A stretch of DNA of 64,000 bases from a virus, in the IMG/VR virus record IMGVR_UViG_3300036770_001537. One strand, given 5' to 3'. A model generated the notes under the pieces. That model searched no databases, was not told the origin of the DNA, and saw only the letters and a list, made by a program, of their open reading frames with translations. This document shows, in pieces, positions 17,749-27,787 of the stretch (the first letter of the stretch is position 1; the number at the start of each line of letters is the position of its first letter). The translations under genes and the position numbers were made by a program.

Positions 17749-18126
17749 TCATGCTCCATAAATTACCTTTGCTGCCAGATTAGCATCATCAACCGAAGTA
17801 AATGTGCCATAAGATTCAATTGAAATCATCTCTTTCTCAAACCGAATCTTTTTGTCTCCATAAACCAGATAGCAGCCAGTTTTCTTATGGCAAGCATGAT
17901 ACAAACCAGCCTTAAACATTAGTTCAGTGGCACGGTTCTTCAAGGGTTCAGAGTTTGGCATATTTTGATTCTTGACAAAGAACTCGTGGAACTCGATGAA
18001 TGCCAACTTCTGATTTGTCAGATGATATTCTGTTTCTGTGTGGATTGGGCGTTCTGTTCTGGCTACAGTAACAGCACAACCAGACATAACAACCGAGAGT
18101 GCCACGGCAATCAAAGTTTTCATCAT
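17749..18126 (-). CDS. putative lipoprotein
   Basis: signal peptide with lipobox MSGC. Confidence 0.65.
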   Translation of the reverse strand: MMKTLIAVALSVVMSGCAVTVARTERPIHTETEYHLTNQKLAFIEFHEFFVKNQNMPNSEPLKNRATELMFKAGLYHACHKKTGCYLVYGDKKIRFEKEMISIESYGTFTSVDDANLAAKVIYGA

Positions 18127-18380
18127 AGATATCCATTCCCCATAAGAACAAGACCGGCAACCAATCCGAAGAAACCTAGAATATACACCGCATATGCTAG
18201 GTATCCAATAGCAACTACCATATCACGAAACATCATAGCCTCTTTTCTAGTTGATCGTAGATGTGTTCTTCGATGATCGAACGAGCCAATCTTAGCAGGT
18301 CTTTCTGCTCCTTGTCAAGTGTATGGTTCTCGATATCACGAAGAAGTTTAACCAACTTATCATACTTTTCTAGGTGCATA

Positions 18381-18980
18381 TTATGCTCCCTGTTCCTTTT
18401 TCTTGGGCGTTTCTTTAGGACCGTTCAACCTTACACTCTTTGAAGTATCAAGGCAAGACATTAGAAGTTCAGTAGCAGAACTTGAGTCGTTTAGGTCAAT
18501 ATCTACATTCTGAATATTCCCAGGCATGATGATCTTAAACTTTGCTGCCGCAGAAAAATCTCGGAGGAATGGACCACCTTTTAGGTGCCGAATCAACAAG
18601 AGATTCTTGGTAATCAACTGGTAATATACTGCTGCATTTGAAGTTCCGCGTTCACCGATGAATACAATCTTGGCAGGATTTGTGCCGGGCTTGTTACCAT
18701 ATTCGCCAGGAGGATCACCAATTTCCCAGACCGTATTTTCAACACGAATATAAAACTCTCCATCAGAAAGATCAAAGATTAACTGCATAGATGAACCATC
18801 AGTCCATTCACGGCCAATTACACACGCTGGCCGAATATTATCATCGCCTTTATGGCCGATCACAACCCATGTTCCAACTGCTTGTCGGAAAAATAGTTGG
18901 TTTTCTTGGCTGAATGCTGCCGATGTAGCAGCAAGAATCGTTAGTGCAGTAGTCGTGATAAAAGTCAAAATCTTCTTCAT
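18381..18980 (-). CDS. secreted/periplasmic protein
   Basis: MKKILTFITTTALTILAATSAAFSQ signal peptide; own early promoter. Confidence 0.7.
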   Translation of the reverse strand: MKKILTFITTTALTILAATSAAFSQENQLFFRQAVGTWVVIGHKGDDNIRPACVIGREWTDGSSMQLIFDLSDGEFYIRVENTVWEIGDPPGEYGNKPGTNPAKIVFIGERGTSNAAVYYQLITKNLLLIRHLKGGPFLRDFSAAAKFKIIMPGNIQNVDIDLNDSSSATELLMSCLDTSKSVRLNGPKETPKKKEQGA

Positions 18981-19012
18981 GGTGTATCCTTTCATACCAA
19001 CCGAATGATACA

Positions 19013-19041
19013 AGTATATAGCGATTCGGCTGGCATGTCAA
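19013..19041 (-). promoter_or_regulatory. early promoter
   Basis: TTGACA-17-TATACT. Confidence 0.7.
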
Positions 19042-19049
19042 GTTGAGAT

Positions 19050-19268
19050 TTAGTGGATTGTATGGGACATTAACGAGTGAATTGCTTTACGAGAAATTTT
19101 GATTTGAGCATCAATTTCATCATCAACAATATTTTCCTCTTTTGCCAGATCATCAACTTCTTGCAGAAGAACTCCAAGTCGGCTGACAAATTCATCATGT
19201 GGAATTGTATCGTCGTCCAACTCTTCTAATTGTTGGTGAAGATACTCAATCTTTTCATCGAATGTCAT
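19050..19268 (-). CDS. small acidic hypothetical protein
   Basis: start MTFDEK after AGGAAAGG. Confidence 0.6.
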   Translation of the reverse strand: MTFDEKIEYLHQQLEELDDDTIPHDEFVSRLGVLLQEVDDLAKEENIVDDEIDAQIKISRKAIHSLMSHTIH

Positions 19269-19317
19269 ATTAGTACCTTTCCTGTTCAACAGTATCCACA
19301 TCATACCATATGATTGC

Positions 19318-20046
19318 TTAGCTGTCAATAATTTTTATTCTTCCGTGTTCCCAAGAGGAATCTGGAACTTCGTTCGGGAAAAACAATCTATTTGTCTTTC
19401 CGTTATTAAACCATTTTTTACCTTTAGTGCTTTTATTCCCCATTGCTCTCTGTGACATTTCTTTTTTAACTGCAACATATTCTTCATCTGTCAAATTACA
19501 TCTTTCTTTCAGGGACTTATTTTTCATAGAAATAGATAATTTTTTCTTAGTTTCATCGCTTTTTTTAACATTTTTCAATTTCGACTCATTATTTTCATAA
19601 TATGATATTATAGATTTTTTTCTTTTTTCTTTGACAATTTTTGTTTGTAAATGATTATATTTTTGTAGTTGATCCTTTCTCATTTCTTTTATGTAAGATG
19701 CTTTTTCTTTGCCATATATTTCTTCATATGACATACCTAAAAATTTTGTATTTTTATTTTTATTCCAAGGGATTTGGCCAGTTTTTATCCCTTTATTCCA
19801 AGGGTCACAGTTTTTGCCGCCCAATTTAACATAAGAAGATAAATCTTGCCATTTTCCATAAATTTTCCACCTCAATTTGTGTATTATTCTATGCTCTTTT
19901 CTCGTTAAAAGGCAAATGTTACTTTCTTCATATAAACCGTTTTCAAACCCTGGTAATATTCTATGTCTGTGTAATCCGTCATTTTTTGTTTTATTTCTTT
20001 TAGACGCCCTATCGATAATAGAGTTGTATATTTTAATATAGTTCAT
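19318..20046 (-). CDS. HNH/NUMOD-type homing endonuclease
   Basis: MNYIKIYNSII..HRHRILP..NICLLTRKEHRIIHKL; PWNKG repeats; KWFNNG..N C-terminus. Confidence 0.75.
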   Translation of the reverse strand: MNYIKIYNSIIDRASKRNKTKNDGLHRHRILPGFENGLYEESNICLLTRKEHRIIHKLRWKIYGKWQDLSSYVKLGGKNCDPWNKGIKTGQIPWNKNKNTKFLGMSYEEIYGKEKASYIKEMRKDQLQKYNHLQTKIVKEKRKKSIISYYENNESKLKNVKKSDETKKKLSISMKNKSLKERCNLTDEEYVAVKKEMSQRAMGNKSTKGKKWFNNGKTNRLFFPNEVPDSSWEHGRIKIIDS

Positions 20047-20053
20047 AATATTC

Positions 20054-20111
20054 TCCCGCAAGGTAAAGTTTGTTGAATATTTATAATATCATAATTCTTT
20101 ACCTTGCGGGA
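20054..20111 (-). promoter_or_regulatory. late promoter inside a 15-bp RBS-sequestering hairpin
   Basis: tcccgcaaggtaaag / ctttaccttgcggga perfect inverted repeat; TATAAATA at 20078-20085 in the loop. Confidence 0.8.
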
Positions 20112-20115
20112 CATA

Positions 20116-20601
20116 TTAATTAATAACCTCTACAGTCACAGGAACTACGCCATTTTTAATCATATCAATTTGGCGAGCCGCTGCTTTAGATAAATCAATG
20201 ATACGACCTTTGATATATGGCCCACGGTCATTAATAGTTACAACTACAGATTTTCCATTATTTCTATTTGTGACTCTTACTCTGGTGCCACACTTCAAAT
20301 GTTTTGATGCTGCTGTCATTGCTTCTGGATTGAAACGACCACCACACGCAACTCCTTGTGGTTGCCAATAAAAAGAAGCAATTCCCTGCTCCATACCACG
20401 AACAATGTCACCAACAATTGGAATATCCCGAACTGTAACTGGACGAGTTTTCTTAGTCTTCTTGAATGTGAATTGCCCGTCTGATACTGTTGCACTCCTT
20501 GCAAATGGTTTCCCAGAACTCCAATTTGATGCCCATTCATCGGCAAGTGTTGAAGTTGATGATACTGCAAGTAGTGTTAGAGCCAAAAGTAGTTTCTTCA
20601 T
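20116..20601 (-). CDS. rlpA: RlpA-like lytic transglycosylase (DPBB)
   Basis: GIASFY, AMTAAS, GTRVRVTN, VTINDRGPY, RIIDLSKAAA; signal peptide. Confidence 0.85.
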   Translation of the reverse strand: MKKLLLALTLLAVSSTSTLADEWASNWSSGKPFARSATVSDGQFTFKKTKKTRPVTVRDIPIVGDIVRGMEQGIASFYWQPQGVACGGRFNPEAMTAASKHLKCGTRVRVTNRNNGKSVVVTINDRGPYIKGRIIDLSKAAARQIDMIKNGVVPVTVEVIN

Positions 20602-21059
20602 TTACACCAATCCTTTATCTTTCTTTTACCTTCATAGGACACAGCAAAGTTGTTTTCCAATAGAATGACAGATAGTTTTTTACCATCCAATACAATGTCA
20701 CCTAATACTCTGCCGCCATATTTGTCCCACTTCTTAATTTCTACAGCGATATCCAAAGACCTGGAAATCATTTCTTCAACAAAATGCTTTGCATCTGCTG
20801 AAGTCTTTTTCTCTTTCTCACATTTAGCAAGTCCTCCTTTTTCTGCTGTATCCACACCCAAAATTCTAACTTTTAGTTTATTACCCAATTCTGGTGGAAG
20901 GAAATCTACTTCAATCTCAATTGTATCACCATCAATAACACGGGTAACTTTATATGGGTATGGGTTGGCAATTGCAGGAACTGCCAACCATAGTAAAATA
21001 ATACTACTCCAAAAGTAACTTCTGTTGTTTTTTATGAATTGAAATGGTTGAATCTTCAT
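20598..21059 (-). CDS. thermonuclease (SNase) family, probably secreted
   Basis: RVIDGDTI, RILGVDTAE, DKYGGRVLG. Confidence 0.85.
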   Translation of the reverse strand: MKIQPFQFIKNNRSYFWSSIILLWLAVPAIANPYPYKVTRVIDGDTIEIEVDFLPPELGNKLKVRILGVDTAEKGGLAKCEKEKKTSADAKHFVEEMISRSLDIAVEIKKWDKYGGRVLGDIVLDGKKLSVILLENNFAVSYEGKRKIKDWCK

Positions 21060-21189
21060 GCAACTCCTTTAGTTCATTGAACATATCTAATGCATCGTCA
21101 TAGTTGTCAAATGACATATTGAACTTGACATCACCTTTGCCATCCTGTCGTTCAACTACCCATGACGTGACAGTTTTTGTGTTATACAT
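21004..21189 (-). CDS. small hypothetical protein
   Basis: AGGAG RBS, 61 aa. Confidence 0.6.
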   Translation of the reverse strand: MYNTKTVTSWVVERQDGKGDVKFNMSFDNYDDALDMFNELKELHEDSTISIHKKQQKLLLE

Positions 21190-21213
21190 TTTCAGTCTCC
21201 TTATTTTGACAAA

Positions 21214-21681
21214 TCATAGCATAGCATACCCTTCATTGTCAAGTGTATATATAACTCTTTTGATGTTGAAGGTGTTGATGCACCTAAAACAGCCAGGACA
21301 CGGTTTAGACAGACCAAAGATCATCTTGGTCTTGGTGAAATCGTGATACTTGACCCTGCAAATATAGAGAGTTGAATTTTCTAGTTCATCCTGAGTTATA
21401 TACTTAAGTGCATTTTTGATAGCAGAAGTTTCTGCGTGAAGATAAACAGAGTCTTTGTTCTTACCATATCGTGCTTGAAATGGATGCGATTTCATCTCAT
21501 TCACACCAAACGACACGACATCATTCTTATATACTACACATGCAGCAAGACGAGCATTATTGACTGCTGGTGTTACAACATCTGCTGCAAGTTTGGATAG
21601 CATATTGATATAACGAGAATGCTTGATGCCCAAAGGTCTCTTTCCTTTGGGCATAGTCGGGTAAGGTATAACATTAGACAT
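21214..21681 (-). CDS. cytidine/dCMP deaminase-family protein
   Basis: HAE ... PCPGC zinc motif. Confidence 0.8.
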   Translation of the reverse strand: MSNVIPYPTMPKGKRPLGIKHSRYINMLSKLAADVVTPAVNNARLAACVVYKNDVVSFGVNEMKSHPFQARYGKNKDSVYLHAETSAIKNALKYITQDELENSTLYICRVKYHDFTKTKMIFGLSKPCPGCFRCINTFNIKRVIYTLDNEGYAML

Positions 21682-21684
21682 TGT

Positions 21685-22143
21685 TTATCCTTTCAGATGC
21701 TTCTTATACTTGTTATAGAGAACCGATTCTAGTTCATTTGCTTCAGTTTCCCACGGTGCAGTGTAGTAATCCTTATCTTCTGTGATAAGTAATTTGACAC
21801 CTTTCCACTTGAACTTACAGTAACTATAATCTTTGAGTTCGCCACGGGCATACTGTTTTACATGAACCATCTCATGACATATTGTCTTCATCTGTTCTTT
21901 TTTAGAAATCTCAGGTGAAATCCATATGTCAAAGTCTCTATGTGTTTTGTAATCGTAATCTGTAGGACTACATAATCCCCAAACATTACCTTCTAGTGGT
22001 TGAAAGTGTAACTCGACATAAACATTTGGGGCAAGTTTAGGACCAAGAAGTTCTTGGCCCAGAAATGATAATAGTGACTTGGTTTCTTTTTTGGTAAGTT
22101 TTTCGTTCTTACCACGAACAGACATCTGCATGTGCTTCTCCAT
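21685..22143 (-). CDS. HEXXH zinc metallopeptidase-like protein
   Basis: ICHEMVHVKQY ... PWETEA. Confidence 0.75.
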   Translation of the reverse strand: MEKHMQMSVRGKNEKLTKKETKSLLSFLGQELLGPKLAPNVYVELHFQPLEGNVWGLCSPTDYDYKTHRDFDIWISPEISKKEQMKTICHEMVHVKQYARGELKDYSYCKFKWKGVKLLITEDKDYYTAPWETEANELESVLYNKYKKHLKG

Positions 22144-22191
22144 TCATTGTCACAGTATAGCCTACAATGAAATAAAAGTCAAGCACTTTTT

Positions 22192-22431
22192 TTATGCGAA
22201 ATTATCTGAGAAAATAGTGTTAATATCTACGAGCTTTTCCATATCAATTTCATTTGTAATAAATGCTGGAGTGAATCCATCAAATCCACCGCCCAATTCT
22301 AAAAACCTAGCATATTCTACTGCATCTTCTTCAAAAGCAAAATATTTTATTAGTTGTTCAGTATCATTCTCCCAAACACAATGAAGGATTGCATTGTCAT
22401 CATCTTTCACAGAATATACAGTATATTTCAT
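22192..22431 (-). CDS. hypothetical protein
   Basis: 79 aa ORF after gene 41. Confidence 0.65.
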   Translation of the reverse strand: MKYTVYSVKDDDNAILHCVWENDTEQLIKYFAFEEDAVEYARFLELGGGFDGFTPAFITNEIDMEKLVDINTIFSDNFA

Positions 22432-22432
22432 T

Positions 22433-23809
22433 TTACACCTTTAGGGTTTTGAATTTATCTTTGAACGATGGCTTATTATCTACCTGCTGACCTGAATCTA
22501 CGATATTCTTTTGAGCAGACTCCTCGATATCATACAACTTCATCTTACTCCTGTCAATACCTACCACAAATCTTTTGTTGGCTGTTGGATCATTATAACG
22601 ATTCTTCAACTGCTTGACCATGATTTGACCCAGAGCATCTAGTTCTTCCGATGAAATCAAAGCAAACATAAAGTCTGCTGTTGCAGGAAGACCAAATGAT
22701 TCTGAGGTATCTTCAAGACCAATGTCAGAAGAAACGAATCCTGATCGAGTTGTTTGTGTTGCACTAACTAGAGGAACTTCATTTTCTACTGCAAGCCCTC
22801 TAAGTTCTTCGGCAATAGCCTTGACATATGTATATGAATTTACTCCATTTCCTTGTTTGATTCGTGATGACATACAGATATTAAGATAATCAACAAAAAT
22901 GATATCTGGTTTGAAAGACTTCTTAAGATTTAGTTCGTTTAGCAATGCACGAAAATGAACTACAGATGCACCAGCGGTTGGATATTCTTTGACGATGAGC
23001 TTACCATTGGTTCTGTTCTTGATAGCAAGGGCCTTCTTTTCATACATTTGCTTAGATAACTGCATCAAATCTTCAAACGAGATATTCATCAAGTTGGCAT
23101 CAATACGCTTGGCAACTTCTTCTTCTGCAAGTTCAAGGGTAATATATAGAACATTTTTGCCTTGATTGAGACAAGATGCTGCCACATGACACATAAACAA
23201 ACTTTTACCAACACCAGTTCCTGCAAGTGCAATATTCAAAGTTTTCTTGGGCAGACCATCTTTGGTGATCTTATTGAAGTATTCAAGATCAAATGGAATC
23301 TTTTCTTGAACACGATGATAATACTCAAACCGATCATCATACTGTTCAAGATAATCATGACCCACATTTGGATCAAATGAAATAGCAAGTGCATCGGATA
23401 ACAATTGAGGAATAGCACCTTTTGTTAGTGTGCTATTCTTATTATTCATGATATCAATAGACTTCATGATGGCATTATAAATGCCTTTTTCTTGACAGAA
23501 TTTCTCTGTTGCATCAGTAAGCCATTGAATATGTGTTTGTTCTGTATCATTAGAAAAGTCGGCCAGGATTTTCCCGACCGACTTTACCACTTCTTCTGAC
23601 AGACCATTCCTTGAATTTACCTCAAGAATGATAGCATCTGTATTTGGTTGAGTATTATACTTGAGGACGAAATCACGAATTGTCTGATATAATACTCGGT
23701 CATCTTCAGACATGAAATATTCATCTTTTAGAAAGGGTAGAGCCTTTCTAGTATATTCTTCATTCCTCAACAGATTTTTGAGTATTACTTTATCAATTTC
23801 CATTAGCAC
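22433..23809 (-). CDS. 41: replicative DNA helicase gp41
   Basis: LAGTGVGKSL, DYLNI, AEELRGL, SESFGLPATAD, KQLKNRY. Confidence 0.95.
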   Translation of the reverse strand: MLMEIDKVILKNLLRNEEYTRKALPFLKDEYFMSEDDRVLYQTIRDFVLKYNTQPNTDAIILEVNSRNGLSEEVVKSVGKILADFSNDTEQTHIQWLTDATEKFCQEKGIYNAIMKSIDIMNNKNSTLTKGAIPQLLSDALAISFDPNVGHDYLEQYDDRFEYYHRVQEKIPFDLEYFNKITKDGLPKKTLNIALAGTGVGKSLFMCHVAASCLNQGKNVLYITLELAEEEVAKRIDANLMNISFEDLMQLSKQMYEKKALAIKNRTNGKLIVKEYPTAGASVVHFRALLNELNLKKSFKPDIIFVDYLNICMSSRIKQGNGVNSYTYVKAIAEELRGLAVENEVPLVSATQTTRSGFVSSDIGLEDTSESFGLPATADFMFALISSEELDALGQIMVKQLKNRYNDPTANKRFVVGIDRSKMKLYDIEESAQKNIVDSGQQVDNKPSFKDKFKTLKV

Positions 23810-24084
23810 CCAGGTTCGTTTAGCGATTCCATAATAAGACTGTTTAGAATCTTACCAGCATAAATTTGAAAATTTTCATCAGCCCTAAGTTTAGTTTCTG
23901 TGAAATTTCCCATCTCAACAAGTTCATAAACAAAACTTACAGTTGCCGACATATCATCATTTTCCTTGACAGAAATGTTGTCAAATCGAACAACTACATC
24001 TTTATATACGCCTGTTTTGATCTGAATGGGAACCGTATCCGCTTTGATATCATCACGAAATGAATAGTCTTCACCGAGAATCAT
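23803..24084 (-). CDS. 40: gp40-like head vertex assembly chaperone
   Basis: synteny between uvsX and 41, matching size. Confidence 0.6.
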   Translation of the reverse strand: MILGEDYSFRDDIKADTVPIQIKTGVYKDVVVRFDNISVKENDDMSATVSFVYELVEMGNFTETKLRADENFQIYAGKILNSLIMESLNEPGC

Positions 24085-25130
24085 TCTACTGCCTCCATGA
24101 CATTAGTTTTACCATACAGGAACTCATTCTTACATTTTTCGTCAATAATGTCAAGGACTTCCTTGGTGAAATACTTTTCTGGATTCTTGACGATAGTTGA
24201 TTCAAATGCTTTTGTTCCATCAGGTAGTTCATATCTAGTTGAAACTTTCTTGAAGATTTCAAACTTCTCAGCAAGTTCTAATAGACCATAATATGGATCA
24301 AGACCATCAGTATATTCTAGTAGAGTCTCAACCTTCTTATTTTCAATGGTCAATCGGGCTTTCTTGAGAACAGCAGTAACGATTGCACCTGTTACTTCAT
24401 TATCAGTCTTATCCTTTTTCTTGGATAGGAACACGATAGTAGATGCTGCATATTCAAGACCAGAACCACCACCCATCTTTTTGATTGGAACATATGCACC
24501 AGTAACATCATACACATGGTTTGTCACAATCATTGGAACTTTGGCTTTACCCAACTTGAGAGTCAGAACACGAAATGCACCACGAATCAATTGTGCTCGT
24601 GTCATATCACGAGTATCCTTGCCGTCTGTCATATCCGAAATTTCTTTTTCGGTTGATAGATTGCCAAGAGAATCAAGAACAAATAGCATAGGTGGCTTTT
24701 CAGACTTATCGCCTTTCTCTCTTTCCATATACTTATCAAGGATTTTGATGGCTTGTGTCCTAAATTCTTGAACGGTTGCAACTGGAATGACTGCAATTCG
24801 TTTTGTATCTACACCTCTATCAGACAACATTTCCTTAGAGATTGCAGACTCTGACTCAAAATAGAAAATAAAACCAGTAGGATTGGACTTTAGAAATTCT
24901 CTACAAATATTGATTGCATAGAATGTTTTGCCGGTAGATGGTTCTCCAGCCAATGCAGTAACCTTGTTTGCAGGAAATCCACCATAGATAGACCCCGACA
25001 TTAGTGCATTTAGTGAATATGAACCTGTTGAGATATAACCTGTAATATCACCTGCTTCAATTCCATCTTCTGCAATTGTAGCATATTCATTACCAGTCTC
25101 TTTCATTAGAGTTTCAAACATATCTGACAT
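24081..25130 (-). CDS. uvsX: RecA-like recombinase UvsX
   Basis: [28 protein letters not shown]. Confidence 0.95.
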   Translation of the reverse strand: MSDMFETLMKETGNEYATIAEDGIEAGDITGYISTGSYSLNALMSGSIYGGFPANKVTALAGEPSTGKTFYAINICREFLKSNPTGFIFYFESESAISKEMLSDRGVDTKRIAVIPVATVQEFRTQAIKILDKYMEREKGDKSEKPPMLFVLDSLGNLSTEKEISDMTDGKDTRDMTRAQLIRGAFRVLTLKLGKAKVPMIVTNHVYDVTGAYVPIKKMGGGSGLEYAASTIVFLSKKKDKTDNEVTGAIVTAVLKKARLTIENKKVETLLEYTDGLDPYYGLLELAEKFEIFKKVSTRYELPDGTKAFESTIVKNPEKYFTKEVLDIIDEKCKNEFLYGKTNVMEAVE

Positions 25131-25172
25131 AAGTTTCTCCTTTTTTGAAAATCAATCGGAATCTCCCGATTG

Positions 25173-25799
25173 TTATACTTCATAAACAACTTTGAAGTCT
25201 TCGCAATCACGAAACATTTGAGGAAGTAGATTACCTTCTTGAATAATCATTTCTTCAAATTTTGCGAAGTTCTCATTATACTCGTTATTTGCCATCAAGG
25301 CAATACGTACTAACTCTACACATGAAATATAGTTTTGATCTGCCAACTGAAACAAATCATCGTATGGTCTGCCATTATATCTAAGTAGAGCATCAATGAC
25401 TTCAGTCCATCTCTCATTCTTCATATGAGTTGGGGAAAGTAAGCAGACAGTATCACAATCAAATACTTCATCAAATGTAGAGTAATGAACACCAGCAACA
25501 GTAGCCTCCATAAACTTAAATCGTCCAACATCTTCTGGTTTCTCCATAAAGTCGCAATTCATTAGAACATGACTATACCGTGTTTTCTTCTTTAATTTTA
25601 TTAGAGTCATAAACTTCACAAATAGACTTGACAAATGATAGTTGTTGCCCGTGAGTATAATATAATAACCAGAAGCAAGCAGATTTATTATTTTCTGCTT
25701 TTCTTCTGGTGTTAGTGGGTCTTTGGTCTCGAATCTTATCATTGGTGGTATTTGTGCCAACCAATGATAAATTCTGTATATTAGACCAGAGTATTTCAT
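25173..25799 (-). CDS. permuted papain-like (YiiX/NlpC-P60-type) protein
   Basis: YSHV, GRPYD, YISCVELV. Confidence 0.6.
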   Translation of the reverse strand: MKYSGLIYRIYHWLAQIPPMIRFETKDPLTPEEKQKIINLLASGYYIILTGNNYHLSSLFVKFMTLIKLKKKTRYSHVLMNCDFMEKPEDVGRFKFMEATVAGVHYSTFDEVFDCDTVCLLSPTHMKNERWTEVIDALLRYNGRPYDDLFQLADQNYISCVELVRIALMANNEYNENFAKFEEMIIQEGNLLPQMFRDCEDFKVVYEV

Positions 25800-25914
25800 G
25801 CGTTCCTCAAAAAGATATACATGATTACAAGTATCGCAATTATGGCGATTGTTCCTGTATATCTACTGAATATTTCACAAATCCATAACCATATAATGTA
25901 TAGTGGTAAAGGTA

Positions 25915-26769
25915 TCATGATGGTTCTTCAGCCTTCTTTTTGGTGCTTCTACGTCTTTTATATGGTTGTGGTTGAATCGTGATATATTCCATATCACTAT
26001 AATCGTCATAATTTTTCTTGGATTTCTTGACAGGAACCTTGTTATTTAGTGTGATATTATATGCAATAAGAAGCAAAACTGCCAGTGGATCAAAAACAAA
26101 TATGATGATTAGTATCACCATTCTTACTGCTTTATCCAAGATTTTTTCGTCAGATTCACCATACACAAGTTCTGCAACATATTTTACAGGACCAACTTCA
26201 GCCTCAACCTTTCTAAACTCAGATTCATACTTGATTAATTGCTCTTTGAGTTTAGATAGTTCTAGGATTTCAGTATTCTTACTTTCTACTAGGGTTTCTC
26301 TATTCTTTCTCTGTTGACCAGATGCTTTTAATGAGTCATTAGACCTGCCCTTTTCATTCAGTTTTTCAACTGCATTATCGATCATAAGAATTTGCTTATC
26401 GATGTCTTTGATAGAATCTTCTTTGACCTTCATTCTACTTTTGACGACTGATATCTCGTTTGCGACACCAGTATTCAGTTTAAGTTGTTGTTCAATATGT
26501 GAACGGGATAAAAACCCAAAGATACCCATAGAAGTAATAAGCATCAAAACTGCTACGGTGATAGATAGATATGTCCTTACAAAATTCGGACAGGTTTTCC
26601 AATTGTGATATAACCAAGACACTGTTACCAGTTTAGCAACTTCAAGTGCAGTTCCCATAATTACAATGGACCAGAAATCTCCTGAAAAGATTGCTGTCAG
26701 ACCAACAATGCTGAAAAATGCAGCAACCCCAGATAATACAAGTCCAGTGAATAATACTAGGTATTGCAT
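25915..26769 (-). CDS. membrane protein with long coiled coil
   Basis: three N-terminal TM segments, coiled coil, EAEVGPVKY, IFVFDPLAV. Confidence 0.75.
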   Translation of the reverse strand: MQYLVLFTGLVLSGVAAFFSIVGLTAIFSGDFWSIVIMGTALEVAKLVTVSWLYHNWKTCPNFVRTYLSITVAVLMLITSMGIFGFLSRSHIEQQLKLNTGVANEISVVKSRMKVKEDSIKDIDKQILMIDNAVEKLNEKGRSNDSLKASGQQRKNRETLVESKNTEILELSKLKEQLIKYESEFRKVEAEVGPVKYVAELVYGESDEKILDKAVRMVILIIIFVFDPLAVLLLIAYNITLNNKVPVKKSKKNYDDYSDMEYITIQPQPYKRRRSTKKKAEEPS

Positions 26770-26784
26770 AACCCCCCTCTAAAT

Positions 26785-26810
26785 AAAAAATGTGGGGAAT
26801 TTCCCCACAT
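26785..26810 (-). terminator. intrinsic terminator after the tRNA operon
   Basis: ATGTGGGGA / TCCCCACAT hairpin + U-tract. Confidence 0.75.
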
Positions 26811-27056
26811 TGTTGATAACATAGTATTTATAGATGATACAGCATGGTTTCCATGAACAATAAAACCGAGAAGAAAAAGATTGTGATATACAGAATCAGT
26901 TTATCGCTCATTTTAACCTCACAGGAATGTTGTCACATAAACTACAAGACCAATTTGAATCACATTACACAGTAGAATAAGACCGACGAGAAGTTTCATT
27001 GCATTCTCCTGTTATGGTGCGAATGGTGAGATTCGAACTCACACTTTGCAGATTTT

Positions 27057-27751
27057 CATACCACTATAGTTTTCACTACCAGAATATACATAAATAGGTA
27101 TAGGCTGTTTGTGGTCTGGACTTTATCTTTACCATATATGTTACCATACTTAGGTACTGGCCGTCAAGTCTCTACACTTCCAAAGGAGGAACTATGGTTA
27201 AACATCGATACACAGAAGAAGAATTGCGACACGCTATATCTTCTTCTCGGTCTATTCGAGAAGCACTTATCACTTTAGGTATCTCTTGTCAAGGAGGAAA
27301 TTATCGAGTCATTCACAAGGCCGTTGCCAAGTATAATATCGACATTTCCCACTTTAGTCAACAAGGATGGGCCAAAGGACAAGTTTTTGGCCCAAAAAGA
27401 GATATTAAGGATTACTTATCTAACCAGTATCCTATATCGTCCTTTAAGCTCAAAAACAGGTTGTTGGAAGAAGGTTTATTAGAACGAGTTTGTTCTAACT
27501 GTTCTTCAACAACTTGGCTAAACGAACCAATTCCTCTGGAATTAGATCACATAGACGGAGATAACGAAAACAACAACTTCAATAATCTCCGTCTTTTGTG
27601 TCCTAATTGCCATGCTCTCACTCCTACTTATCGTGGAAAAAATAAGAAGAAGTGAAGGCACTTTGTTTAGCTCGGTATTGCCATTTTACAGGTTTCACCG
27701 AATTTGACCAGATTCATATAGAAGTTTCCTATCTATATGCTCAAATTGTAT
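27057..27751 (-). mobile_element. group I intron (IC3, trnL-type), 695 nt
   Basis: P AAATTCGGTGAAA (27705-27693), Q AATACCGAGC (27679-27670), R GTGTAGAGACTTGACGG (27177-27161), S AAAGATAAAGTCC (27130-27118); exon U:G P1 pair; terminal G. Confidence 0.92.
27194..27655 (+). CDS. HNH endonuclease, antisense within the intron P6a loop
   Basis: CSNC..LELDHIDGDNENN..NLRLLCPNCH; AAGGAGG RBS. Confidence 0.9.
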   Translation: MVKHRYTEEELRHAISSSRSIREALITLGISCQGGNYRVIHKAVAKYNIDISHFSQQGWAKGQVFGPKRDIKDYLSNQYPISSFKLKNRLLEEGLLERVCSNCSSTTWLNEPIPLELDHIDGDNENNNFNNLRLLCPNCHALTPTYRGKNKKK

Positions 27752-27787
27752 AAGTCTGCTGTCTCTACCTGTTGGACTACATTCGCA

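Larger units (their letters stand above)
27015..27786 (-). tRNA. trnL: tRNA-Leu(UAA), intron-split (exons 27786-27752 and 27056-27015)
   Basis: spliced: GCGAATG TA GTCCAACAGGTAGAGAC A GCAGA CTT^AAAA TCTGC AAAGT GTGAG TTCGAAT CTCAC CATTCGC A CCA. Confidence 0.92.
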
